A stretch of 64,000 bases of DNA from a virus. Lineage: Duplodnaviria > Caudoviricetes. The notes under the pieces are model-generated. The model was given only the letters and a program-made list of their open reading frames with translations, was not told the DNA's origin and made no database searches. Every line of letters begins with the position of its first letter. Position 1 is the stretch's first letter. Both the position numbers and the translations under genes were made by a program. This document shows positions 27,745 to 35,352 of this stretch, in pieces. The stretch lies in IMG/VR virus record IMGVR_UViG_3300025383_000009; one strand, given 5' to 3'.

Positions 27745-28797
27745 TGAAAAGAATGATTCTAGGCCTCCGGGGGCGGACTTGGGTGTGTTCCAATACGAAC
27801 CAGTCCAATATGGGTATGATGCCCGTGATAGATGGACTGACTTTGGCTTCTCCATGTATTCGAAGTCAAGCTCACCCTTAGAGTTAATCATGTTGTCTAC
27901 CCATAAGTATACCGGGAACTTGTCTTGAGACATGATCTCTTCTTTGAATATCTGACGAAGGTTGTCACGTTCCTTCTGTGTTCCGGTAAATGGTACACCT
28001 TTATAGTAACCAGTCTTTGGTAATACTCGTGACTCGTTCTCAATAGGTAATAGTTCCCACATAGTCACCTCCGCATCATACATATCTGAGATACGTTGAC
28101 ACTCTTGGATATACTTTGCTGCGAGTTCTTTAGTTGACTGAACCGGATCCGGAAACCTCATGAGATGGTGGCGGATATCGATGTTACCAAAGTAAACTTC
28201 TATTTCGTTATATTTTCCTTCTGGTATGAATGTGTCAAAGCCTTGCTTGATTGCACCATGTAGTGTCTTAAATGGTGTAGACACGTTCATCCATTCTGGT
28301 CGATACATACAAATAGCATGAGAATCCCCAATAGCAATCTTTGGATATCTCTTAGCAAGGTTAGGATCATAAGTGATAGCACGATCTTGTAGATCTTTGA
28401 GGTTGCCCCAATTTACATCATGCCATAAACGATTTATCTTCTTACCATCTTTGATTGCTTTCTCTACACGCGGATACAACATACCATAGTAATCAGGCAT
28501 ATCGATCACTAATGACCATACTGCACCTCTAAAGTTTGATAGCGCGATGATGTACTCGATGTTCGAATAGTTCTCCAACCCACCGAATAAGTTGAGTGAT
28601 CCACCCCAGTCGTTACCATGATAGAGAGCAACCGTATCATATGCATTGTAATCATGTATCTGGTTACCTGTCATGTGTACAGTTACATCCATACCTGCAG
28701 TCATTAGTTGATCTGCATAGATGATACCTTGCGCAGCTTTGTGTGAATGGATCTTGTTAGAAACCGGCGAGAGTGGCTGTGTTAGTAGTAACTTCAT
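27742..28797 (-). CDS. Two-domain protein: beta-glucosyltransferase-like N-terminus plus SGNH/GDSL-like C-terminus
   Basis: YDTVALYHG...SLNLFGG resembles T4 Bgt YDRLIVVNSSINFFGG; IGDSH, FGNID and SVHL resemble SGNH blocks. Start revised to MKLLLTQ. Confidence 0.5.
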   Translation of the reverse strand: MKLLLTQPLSPVSNKIHSHKAAQGIIYADQLMTAGMDVTVHMTGNQIHDYNAYDTVALYHGNDWGGSLNLFGGLENYSNIEYIIALSNFRGAVWSLVIDMPDYYGMLYPRVEKAIKDGKKINRLWHDVNWGNLKDLQDRAITYDPNLAKRYPKIAIGDSHAICMYRPEWMNVSTPFKTLHGAIKQGFDTFIPEGKYNEIEVYFGNIDIRHHLMRFPDPVQSTKELAAKYIQECQRISDMYDAEVTMWELLPIENESRVLPKTGYYKGVPFTGTQKERDNLRQIFKEEIMSQDKFPVYLWVDNMINSKGELDFEYMEKPKSVHLSRASYPYWTGSYWNTPKSAPGGLESFFS

Positions 28798-29656
28798 CTT
28801 TTTTCCATTTTCTATATGAATTTGTTGTGTCAATAATACTATGATCTTTTAATATTGGGTCTGTGCCAACGTTCCACATCAATATATCTCTACCCGTATT
28901 TTTAGGTATGTACTTCCAAACCTTTGCATCGTATGTACGTACTGTTGGGAATGGTGGTAAGTTCTCGTATTTTTCTGGTGTTGCAAACTCTGCAGGTTCT
29001 GATATAAACTCTGCGCGACCTAACTCACCTTCTTGTAAGTTACGGGCTACTGCAACTGAATGGAACTTGGCATTTGGCCATGCTATCTGTAATGCTCGTG
29101 ATAGTACACCAGTACTTATAGCTACATAAACTTCTTCAGGTTCTTTGATCTTACTTGCAGCGTATACGATACCTGCTGTTGCTAGTTCATGCTTCAAACC
29201 AAGTGGGATGAATGCATAACCGTTTTCTTCCGCGTATTTTTTAGCAGCGAGGTTTAGGTTAGGCATCGCTGCTATCCGTTCAAAGTGTACCTCTGCTCCA
29301 CGTTCAATACAACATGCCTGATGATGTGATATCTGCTTGGATGATGGCATGAATAGTACAATCTTTTTACCATGTATCTTTGCTACATCACATAGAGACA
29401 CACCAGCAAGCCCGACTCTTGGCTGTACATAAACTAATGTATCGTTTGGGATCTTGGCTGCAAGCAGATCACCAGCTCTTGTCTTTGTACCAACGATGAG
29501 ATCATCTCGAACAACTCGTACACCTTCATGCATCACTGTAACAGGATCCGGATTGTACGGTGTCCATCCTTCACATAGAGATAGGTAATACTCTTTGGCT
29601 TGTGGCCATGTCATCATACCTACTTCTTTGTTTATACCCTCAACGAACGTTCTCAT
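28757..29656 (-). CDS. PLP-dependent enzyme, fold type II (ACC deaminase/Trp synthase beta-like)
   Basis: VVRDDL..GTKTR (PLP lysine), VAISTGVLS phosphate loop, YDAK, WNVG. Confidence 0.8.
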   Translation of the reverse strand: MRTFVEGINKEVGMMTWPQAKEYYLSLCEGWTPYNPDPVTVMHEGVRVVRDDLIVGTKTRAGDLLAAKIPNDTLVYVQPRVGLAGVSLCDVAKIHGKKIVLFMPSSKQISHHQACCIERGAEVHFERIAAMPNLNLAAKKYAEENGYAFIPLGLKHELATAGIVYAASKIKEPEEVYVAISTGVLSRALQIAWPNAKFHSVAVARNLQEGELGRAEFISEPAEFATPEKYENLPPFPTVRTYDAKVWKYIPKNTGRDILMWNVGTDPILKDHSIIDTTNSYRKWKKDEVTTNTATLAGF

Positions 29657-29763
29657 ACTTTCCTCAATTTACAATTATCAAAATGCCATCTTTTCATAGC
29701 AGGTAAACTACCATTTAAACCACAATGGGGGCATACTATGGTTTGTTGAGCTCCTGTAGGCAT
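29653..29763 (-). pseudogene. 36-aa mini-ORF equal to a homing-endonuclease C-terminal motif
   Basis: MPTGAQQTIVCPHCGLNGSLPAMKRWHFDNCKLRKV*; its TGA overlaps the PLP gene ATG. Confidence 0.7.
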
Positions 29764-29767
29764 CCAT

Positions 29768-30784
29768 TCATGCTGGGAAGACTTTTTTTCCGTCTGGTCG
29801 TTTGGCCAAATCAAAACTATTAGGAAATATCCAATTATATGGTATACGCTTGGTAGGAGATTTTACTCCATGATTGATAGCAATGTGTTTCCAAAATAGA
29901 CATGACTTGTCTTCTATGTTCAACCATTTTTGCTCTCTCATAGGATTGCGAGGATCATTTACTAATATATTCATTTGCTCAAGCCACATGTGTGCATGCT
30001 TGTTCTTAGGTACGAACTGACCATCTGGATCTATCTCATATTGTACCTTACCATTGAGGTTTACACCAAAGATCTGATGCATGCCATCAAAGTGTCCTGT
30101 ACCACCAAACAATACTGACTCAGGATCTACGATATCAGGATATGCCATAGCCATGTATCGTGCAGTGTTCTTGCATGGATACAGTGGACTTCTAAAGTTT
30201 TGTTTCTCTTTGAAATACTTCTCAAGTAGTTTAGCATACTCCATCATGGTGAATGGTCGTCCTAACCTATTACGATGTTTATCTAAAAACTCCCACATCT
30301 CCTCAGCTGCCTTCTTAGGACCATCGATCAGCCAATCTTTAACTAACGTGTTCTTAGGATAGTAGATTTGGAATAGATCATTACGTGCATGTCGGTGTTC
30401 TTTAAAGTGTTCTCTTAGATTCTCTGGACCTTGATACATCAACCGTGTTAGTGTACCCCAATGTTCGTTACTAAATGAGAACGTTAGTGTATACCACAAT
30501 CTTAACTTAGGATCTGTGACCTTCTTCATGATATCACAGAACGGATGTTCATGCCAATGGAGTCTATGCGAAAAGATCTGGTAATCTTCTGCTAACAACT
30601 GATCTCGACGTAGATCAAACTCTTGGCAAAACTCAAAAAACTTATCAAGACGTTTTTCAAGTGGCCAATCTTTCATCCATGATTCAGTAGGTTTGCCATC
30701 TTTTAATACTACAGGACTTGTACCCTTATAGGTAATATTCTTATACTCGATACCAGATATGAATTGAGCTAGAGTGTTTTGCAT
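29768..30784 (-). CDS. Amino acid:DNA transferase / aGPT-Pplase-like protein, paralog 2
   Basis: GGTGHFDGM and NIEDKSCLFWKH parallel the GPGAxxGL and ExxLCExxKY family motifs. Confidence 0.6.
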   Translation of the reverse strand: MQNTLAQFISGIEYKNITYKGTSPVVLKDGKPTESWMKDWPLEKRLDKFFEFCQEFDLRRDQLLAEDYQIFSHRLHWHEHPFCDIMKKVTDPKLRLWYTLTFSFSNEHWGTLTRLMYQGPENLREHFKEHRHARNDLFQIYYPKNTLVKDWLIDGPKKAAEEMWEFLDKHRNRLGRPFTMMEYAKLLEKYFKEKQNFRSPLYPCKNTARYMAMAYPDIVDPESVLFGGTGHFDGMHQIFGVNLNGKVQYEIDPDGQFVPKNKHAHMWLEQMNILVNDPRNPMREQKWLNIEDKSCLFWKHIAINHGVKSPTKRIPYNWIFPNSFDLAKRPDGKKVFPA

Positions 30785-31935
30785 AGTTCCTTATATTGAT
30801 CCACTGTCATATTATGTATCTTCAAGACATAATCGTCTGAAGGATGAGATGTTAATCTATTGAATGAATCTATTAGTTTAAGATCAAGCATTGCTTTCTG
30901 TCTACCGAATGGATGATCTAAGATCTTACATGATGAGAATATAACATCACGATCTATATGGTTATAGTCTGATCCAGGTCGTACATAGTTTTCTACCCAA
31001 CGGATGAAGTCACAGCACACGTCTTCTGCATTATATGGGTATGCACCAGTCTCTACATAGATCCGTTCCATAACTTGATCGAGGAACTCTTCTTGCTTCA
31101 TCTTAGTTAATGGTTTTGCAAGATATGAGATACACTCTACTGCATTTGTACCGTAGTAGAACGGTGATGTCTTATCAACGTACTGTGGGTACCAATCAGC
31201 CACGTCTGCAACTACTGCAGCATACTGGAAGTGGTACTGTCTTAAGTTATTCTTAACGTTCCAATCTAACATGAACGAACCGATCTCTCTTAGTGATCTC
31301 TGTCCACCAGATTCTAAAAACTCTGCTAGTTCTCTTGCTAATCGTGGTGCATACTCTGATAGGTAATAATCTCCACCACGTTTATATCTTGATCCTGCAG
31401 GTGGTTTAGGAAATGCTGGGAATTGGTATCCAACAGAAGTGTAGAAGGAGTATGGATAGTTGTTCACCATCTCGACCATGTCCTCAATAGTCTTACAGTT
31501 ATGTAGCGAGAACAATAAGGTATTGTGGTATCCACTAGGTTTCGTACTGTAATTAATTGCAGAACCACATACACGATGGAGGATGAATATGTACAGCCAT
31601 TCGGGCAGTTTAAAGTCGGAATGTTTTCCTGTCCAGTTATGTGCTACAGTATCTCGTTGATGTGTGATCTTACCTGCTTCCATCTTTTTCCAATATGGAT
31701 GCTGATCCGTCCAACCATAAAAGCAATCATTAACGATCTGAGAGAAACCTGCATACTTACGTTCGACCACATCATACAATTCTACATGATGCAGTAGATC
31801 ATCATTCATGTTTGACTCTACATGTGATATCATGCCATAAGGTGGTGTAAGAGATACATTACACTTCTCTTGCTGATCCTTTGCAAGGTTAAAGTATCTT
31901 ATGTACTCATCATAGTATTGTGTTGTTTCAATCAA
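30769..31935 (-). CDS. Amino acid:DNA transferase / aGPT-Pplase-like protein, paralog 1
   Basis: FQYAAVVAD, YYGTNAVEC, NAEDVCCDFIRW; FILHR. Confidence 0.65.
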   Translation of the reverse strand: MIETTQYYDEYIRYFNLAKDQQEKCNVSLTPPYGMISHVESNMNDDLLHHVELYDVVERKYAGFSQIVNDCFYGWTDQHPYWKKMEAGKITHQRDTVAHNWTGKHSDFKLPEWLYIFILHRVCGSAINYSTKPSGYHNTLLFSLHNCKTIEDMVEMVNNYPYSFYTSVGYQFPAFPKPPAGSRYKRGGDYYLSEYAPRLARELAEFLESGGQRSLREIGSFMLDWNVKNNLRQYHFQYAAVVADVADWYPQYVDKTSPFYYGTNAVECISYLAKPLTKMKQEEFLDQVMERIYVETGAYPYNAEDVCCDFIRWVENYVRPGSDYNHIDRDVIFSSCKILDHPFGRQKAMLDLKLIDSFNRLTSHPSDDYVLKIHNMTVDQYKELCKTL

Positions 31936-32345
31936 TATAAACCAACCTCAGTTAAAAATGTTTGTAGTCTAAGCAGCATACCAACTTCATAGGCTTTACT
32001 ATTTAGGTTCCTATTTCGTGGAGACGGATGATCAATCTTATAATGTGGTATGTCATACTTATCACATACTTTTGATACAAATCCACCAAGTGCAATCACT
32101 ACTTTACCTTGTGTCTCTGTTAGTAATGCATCCACGTCTACATCAGACATCTTATAAGAGTTTATCTTATTAGGTATCACATTATGAAACGACCATTCAT
32201 ATAGACCTACTGTGTCCATCCAATCCTTCAGACGTGCAAATGTCCCATTCTTAAACGGTGTAGTTTTAGATGAGGGACATTGGCCTAAGACTATAACTTC
32301 GTCAGAAGGCCTATGATATGGAAGAAAATCCGTCACTGATTTCAT
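31932..32345 (-). CDS. Minimal uracil-DNA glycosylase-superfamily protein
   Basis: VLGQCPS, SFHNVI, VIALG, DHPSPRNR. Start revised to MKSVTDF, downstream of the promoter. Confidence 0.75.
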   Translation of the reverse strand: MKSVTDFLPYHRPSDEVIVLGQCPSSKTTPFKNGTFARLKDWMDTVGLYEWSFHNVIPNKINSYKMSDVDVDALLTETQGKVVIALGGFVSKVCDKYDIPHYKIDHPSPRNRNLNSKAYEVGMLLRLQTFLTEVGLY

Positions 32346-32351
32346 AATATA

Positions 32352-32380
32352 ATTATACCCCAAAGGGTATTAAAAGTACA
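32352..32380 (-). promoter_or_regulatory. Early promoter TGTACT-N17-TATAAT heading the modification cluster
   Basis: 17-bp spacer variant of the consensus. Confidence 0.65.
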
Positions 32381-32381
32381 A

Positions 32382-32696
32382 TTAAGCTTTAAATTGGGCG
32401 TCGTTTGCACCAGCTAATACGATACCAGAACCGTAGATCCTGTTATATTCGTTTAGTAGTTCTTTCTTAACGTCAGTAATTGCTGCGATAGATGTATGAT
32501 ACACTGCAATAGTGCCATCATGGTAAGGCATAAAAGGAGAGAATCCGACGGATACTGTACCTTCTTTTGTTTGGTGATATACTAATGTGACACCATTTTC
32601 AATGACCATTGCACCTTCTCCTGAAGATATAAGGCCACAAATGATCTCTTCACCACTAGTAAATTTAATTAGTTTAATATCTGCCATCTTGCTCAT
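32382..32696 (-). CDS. Sm-like conserved T4-like protein
   Basis: IKLIKFTSGEEII...GFSPFMPY. Confidence 0.65.
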   Translation of the reverse strand: MSKMADIKLIKFTSGEEIICGLISSGEGAMVIENGVTLVYHQTKEGTVSVGFSPFMPYHDGTIAVYHTSIAAITDVKKELLNEYNRIYGSGIVLAGANDAQFKA

Positions 32697-32898
32697 CCTT
32701 TAAAATTATAAATTCAATAAAATTTGCTGCTTCTTCTAAATTGCTAAAGTGTTTTACAAAGAACTTATCCACATCCATCATGTGATTACCTACAACCATG
32801 ACAGACATATGCTTAAGAACGGAAACCTTTAGTTGATAGTTGCCTCTCCGCAAGAACGGATAAGAAACTAAATCTTTTGTCAATTCACTCTTCATCAT
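32674..32898 (-). CDS. Hypothetical protein
   Basis: Operon packing. Confidence 0.6.
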   Translation of the reverse strand: MMKSELTKDLVSYPFLRRGNYQLKVSVLKHMSVMVVGNHMMDVDKFFVKHFSNLEEAANFIEFIILKDEQDGRY

Positions 32899-32910
32899 AT
32901 ATTTATGAGA

Positions 32911-32928
32911 GGGGAGATTGCTCTCCCC
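32911..32928 (-). terminator. GNRA-loop hairpin after hsp20
   Basis: GGGGAGA-GCAA-TCTCCCC; no clear U tract. Confidence 0.5.
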
Positions 32929-32934
32929 ATCCCT

Positions 32935-33486
32935 TTAACTATCCATATCGTACTGTTGACCAGAGGCGTAATTAGCATCTTTAGCGTAGTCAGTTGGGTT
33001 ATCTCTTTCATTTAAGAGTTCTCTAACACGGTCGATACCAGTAGACGGCGTTAAGTTGTCCGTGATCTCGATTTGACGAGGTTTCTTAGATTCAGGGATA
33101 ACATTCTCAAGAGCGATACGTAAGATGCCATCTTTAAATTCAGCACCACGCACTTCGACCGTATCAGCCAACTTGATTGACTTAGTGAACGAACGCGTTC
33201 CGATACCTTTGTGGAGGTATTGTACATTGCCATCATCAGGATTCTTTTGTCCTTTGATGATCAATAAGCCTTCTTCTAAAGTGATAGTTACCTCTTGCTT
33301 ATTGAAACCAGCGATAGCCAATTCAACGATATATTCGTAATCGTCTAGCTTAATAATGTTGTGAGGTGGGAATGCTTGGTTGTTGTTTAGTGGTGCTGCG
33401 AGCATCTCATCAATCTCTCTTAGCATACTTTCAAAACCAATAGTTTGTGGCCAGATAGGGCCGAATGATACATTTGTAGTTCGCAT
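32935..33486 (-). CDS. hsp20: Small heat-shock protein (IbpA/Hsp20)
   Basis: FPPHNII, VELAIAGF, YLHKGIGTRSF, AEFKDGIL. Confidence 0.95.
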   Translation of the reverse strand: MRTTNVSFGPIWPQTIGFESMLREIDEMLAAPLNNNQAFPPHNIIKLDDYEYIVELAIAGFNKQEVTITLEEGLLIIKGQKNPDDGNVQYLHKGIGTRSFTKSIKLADTVEVRGAEFKDGILRIALENVIPESKKPRQIEITDNLTPSTGIDRVRELLNERDNPTDYAKDANYASGQQYDMDS

Positions 33487-33565
33487 ATTTTTCTCCTTAG
33501 TTAAGCGAGTTTAACAAAATCCTGCCCCCGAAGGCTGCAGGTTTAGGCAGTTTCCTACCTAAATT
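33487..33565 (-). ncRNA. ROSE-like RNA thermometer in the hsp20 leader
   Basis: CUCGCUU-aacu-AAGGAG hairpin with bulged G opposite the SD (33493-33509); upstream cUUCGg hairpin. Confidence 0.65.
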
Positions 33566-33573
33566 TATTTATA
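33566..33573 (-). promoter_or_regulatory. Late promoter TATAAATA
   Basis: Exact motif upstream of the hsp20 leader. Confidence 0.7.
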
Positions 33574-33669
33574 ATACGAAGGAATACTTTTTTAAGTTTT
33601 TGTTTACGAGTTAATGGTGCAGGAGGACTACCGATACAGCATACTCTGTCCCATTCTCGTTGAGTATAA

Positions 33670-33906
33670 TTAGGCTGCATCATCTATGATGTCTTGTAGT
33701 GCTTGGTTGATTGGCTTATAGCCATAGTAGTGGAGCTTCTCTGACTTGCGGTCTAGAAAGTCTCGACGTTTTTCAATATCTCTTGCTCTATAGGCAGCTT
33801 CAAGGATCATCGTATAACGGTTACCTTCACGAGTCTTTTCATGTGCTGCAAGTACTGCTGCTACGTCTACTCTTGGTAAATCAGCCTTCTTTTTGACTTG
33901 TTGCAT
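33670..33906 (-). CDS. rpoZ: RNA polymerase omega subunit-like protein
   Basis: PRVDV...GNRYTMILEAAYRARDI...KPINQALQDI vs RpoZ ARVTV...GNRFDLVLVAARRARQM...KTTVIALREI; GGAGG RBS before MQQVKK. Confidence 0.75.
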   Translation of the reverse strand: MQQVKKKADLPRVDVAAVLAAHEKTREGNRYTMILEAAYRARDIEKRRDFLDRKSEKLHYYGYKPINQALQDIIDDAA

Positions 33907-34081
33907 TCCACTGTCCTCCATAATAACGTTCAAGTTGACCTACATTATTTAATCTTTGATCACCGTCTTGTGGTGTGTCAAGCTTAACTGACCAGTCAAT
34001 CGCATCAAAGTTCTTATCAAATTCTTTGGTGGCAGTCTTAGATAAGATGCTGTCACCGGTGATATCATTCTTTGCTGCCAT
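33881..34081 (-). CDS. Small conserved phage protein
   Basis: MAAKNDITGDSILSK...FDKNFDAI. Confidence 0.65.
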   Translation of the reverse strand: MAAKNDITGDSILSKTATKEFDKNFDAIDWSVKLDTPQDGDQRLNNVGQLERYYGGQWNATSQKEG

Positions 34082-34146
34082 TATTTTGGCAACTTATCTT
34101 TTTTTGGACGACCTTTGCTTTCTTTTTTCTTATCACGGTTTCCCAT
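34081..34146 (-). CDS. 21-aa highly basic peptide missing from ORF track
   Basis: AAGGAG RBS; MGNRDKKKESKGRPKKDKLPK*; stop abuts the next start. Confidence 0.65.
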   Translation of the reverse strand: MGNRDKKKESKGRPKKDKLPK

Positions 34147-34156
34147 AATTTTCTCC

Positions 34157-34426
34157 TTAATATAATTTTTTAGGTGGTTGACTTGATGCTACTTTTTTCA
34201 ACCAACGTTTCTTCGCCTGACTCTTTGCTTTCTTACGAGCTACACATGGCTTTTCATACTCCATACGTTCTCTTATTTCAATCAGAAGCCCTGAGTCTTC
34301 TACTTTGTTTCTAAACTTACGAAAAGCTTTTTCAAATTGGCCTTCTTGTACGTCTACAAATAACCCTTGTTTAGAGTCACTTTGTTTTGGCCTAGGTTTA
34401 CGATTAAATTCAGCCATTAGTAACAA
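34157..34426 (-). CDS. rpsU: 30S ribosomal protein bS21
   Basis: FEKAFRKFRNKVEDSGLL.EIRERMEYEKP..ARKK. Confidence 0.9.
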   Translation of the reverse strand: MLLMAEFNRKPRPKQSDSKQGLFVDVQEGQFEKAFRKFRNKVEDSGLLIEIRERMEYEKPCVARKKAKSQAKKRWLKKVASSQPPKKLY

Positions 34427-34725
34427 GTTCTCGTTCTAGTCACGTTACCATATTGATCTACTGACTCAACCCATGCTGTACAGTTTTGATATACAGTTGG
34501 AGCTTGTTGATAGATCACTGTAGGTGCTGGTTGTACATAACGTGGTTGCGCTAGTTCGTAACCGATAACTCCACCAATTAAAGCTGGAGCAACCCAATTT
34601 ACACCACCTCCATGATAATACCCACCATGGTAACCACCATAATAGCCGCCATATCCGCCATGATAACCTGCGAATGCTGAGGTTGATGCTGTCGCTAATG
34701 CTAATACTGCTATAAGTTTTTTCAT
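34417..34725 (-). CDS. Secreted Gly/Tyr-rich protein
   Basis: Signal peptide MKKLIAVLALATASTSAFA; GGYY repeats; ALIGGVIG helix. Confidence 0.65.
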   Translation of the reverse strand: MKKLIAVLALATASTSAFAGYHGGYGGYYGGYHGGYYHGGGVNWVAPALIGGVIGYELAQPRYVQPAPTVIYQQAPTVYQNCTAWVESVDQYGNVTRTRTCY

Positions 34726-34748
34726 TGTACTTCTCCTATTCTGAGACC

Positions 34749-34777
34749 ATTGTACCATATTTATTAATTATTGTACA
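34749..34777 (-). promoter_or_regulatory. Early promoter TGTACA-N17-TACAAT
   Basis: Preceded by GGGCCTA like other copies; upstream of the secreted protein and rpsU. Confidence 0.65.
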
Positions 34778-35159
34778 TAGGCCCAATTGTAACAATTTGT
34801 AACCACTTTTTAGATCTATTCTTATGCCATGCCTTAATAGATTCAGACATTTTTCTTTTTTGTTCATCTGACATTACAAATGACTTTTTACCTTTAGTTG
34901 CTAAACTCATTTTGCGCTTAGTTTCTTCAGATCTAGGAACTCCTGCTAAACCGCCTTTAGTTCCTTTTTTGCTTCTACTTATCTTTTTCTTAGATTCTTC
35001 AGTATGTTTTTTACCATACCAGTGGCTTTCTTCTTTTGGAAGACCTTTATTCCATGAATCTTCTATTATAATTTCAGAGTTAGCTTCTAGTTCTTCTTTA
35101 GTTATAATCATAGTTTTAAGGGAATTAAACTCTTCTGGAACCGGGGATAAATATGACAT
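34764..35159 (-). mobile_element. NUMOD3-repeat protein lacking a recognisable nuclease domain (homing-endonuclease derivative)
   Basis: YGKKHTEESKKKIS and RSEETKRKMS repeats; AGGAG RBS supports start MSYLSP at 35159. Confidence 0.7.
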
Positions 35160-35226
35160 GCTGGCACTCCTTTTAGTGTTAGAGTCCTTGGAGATTGCCG
35201 TCTCGCGAAGGACATTTTTCATATTA

Positions 35227-35234
35227 TATTTATA
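35227..35234 (-). promoter_or_regulatory. Late promoter TATAAATA
   Basis: Exact motif upstream of the structured leader of the NUMOD3 gene. Confidence 0.65.
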
Positions 35235-35260
35235 AAAAAGGGACCTCTAGGATCCCTTTT
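35234..35260. terminator. Probable bidirectional intrinsic terminator after pqqA
   Basis: A tract, GGGACC-TCTA-GGATCCC imperfect stem, T tract. Confidence 0.65.
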
Positions 35261-35280
35261 ATTCTTTAAGAATGATCGAA

Positions 35281-35352
35281 TTAACGATTCATTACATAAA
35301 GGGTAACTTCAAAGCCAAAGCGCATTTCAGTTGCTTGAGGTTTCGTCCACAT
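35281..35352 (-). CDS. pqqA: PQQ precursor peptide PqqA (missing from ORF track)
   Basis: MWTKPQATEMRFGFEVTLYVMNR*: 23 aa, MW..P start, invariant E-x-x-x-Y, AAGGAG RBS. Confidence 0.95.
   Translation of the reverse strand: MWTKPQATEMRFGFEVTLYVMNR

Noticed and set aside
35184-35213. HDV-like/theta ribozyme
   Set aside because: TCCTTCGCG is reminiscent of the L3 loop, but I could not build the nested P1/P2/P3 arrangement.
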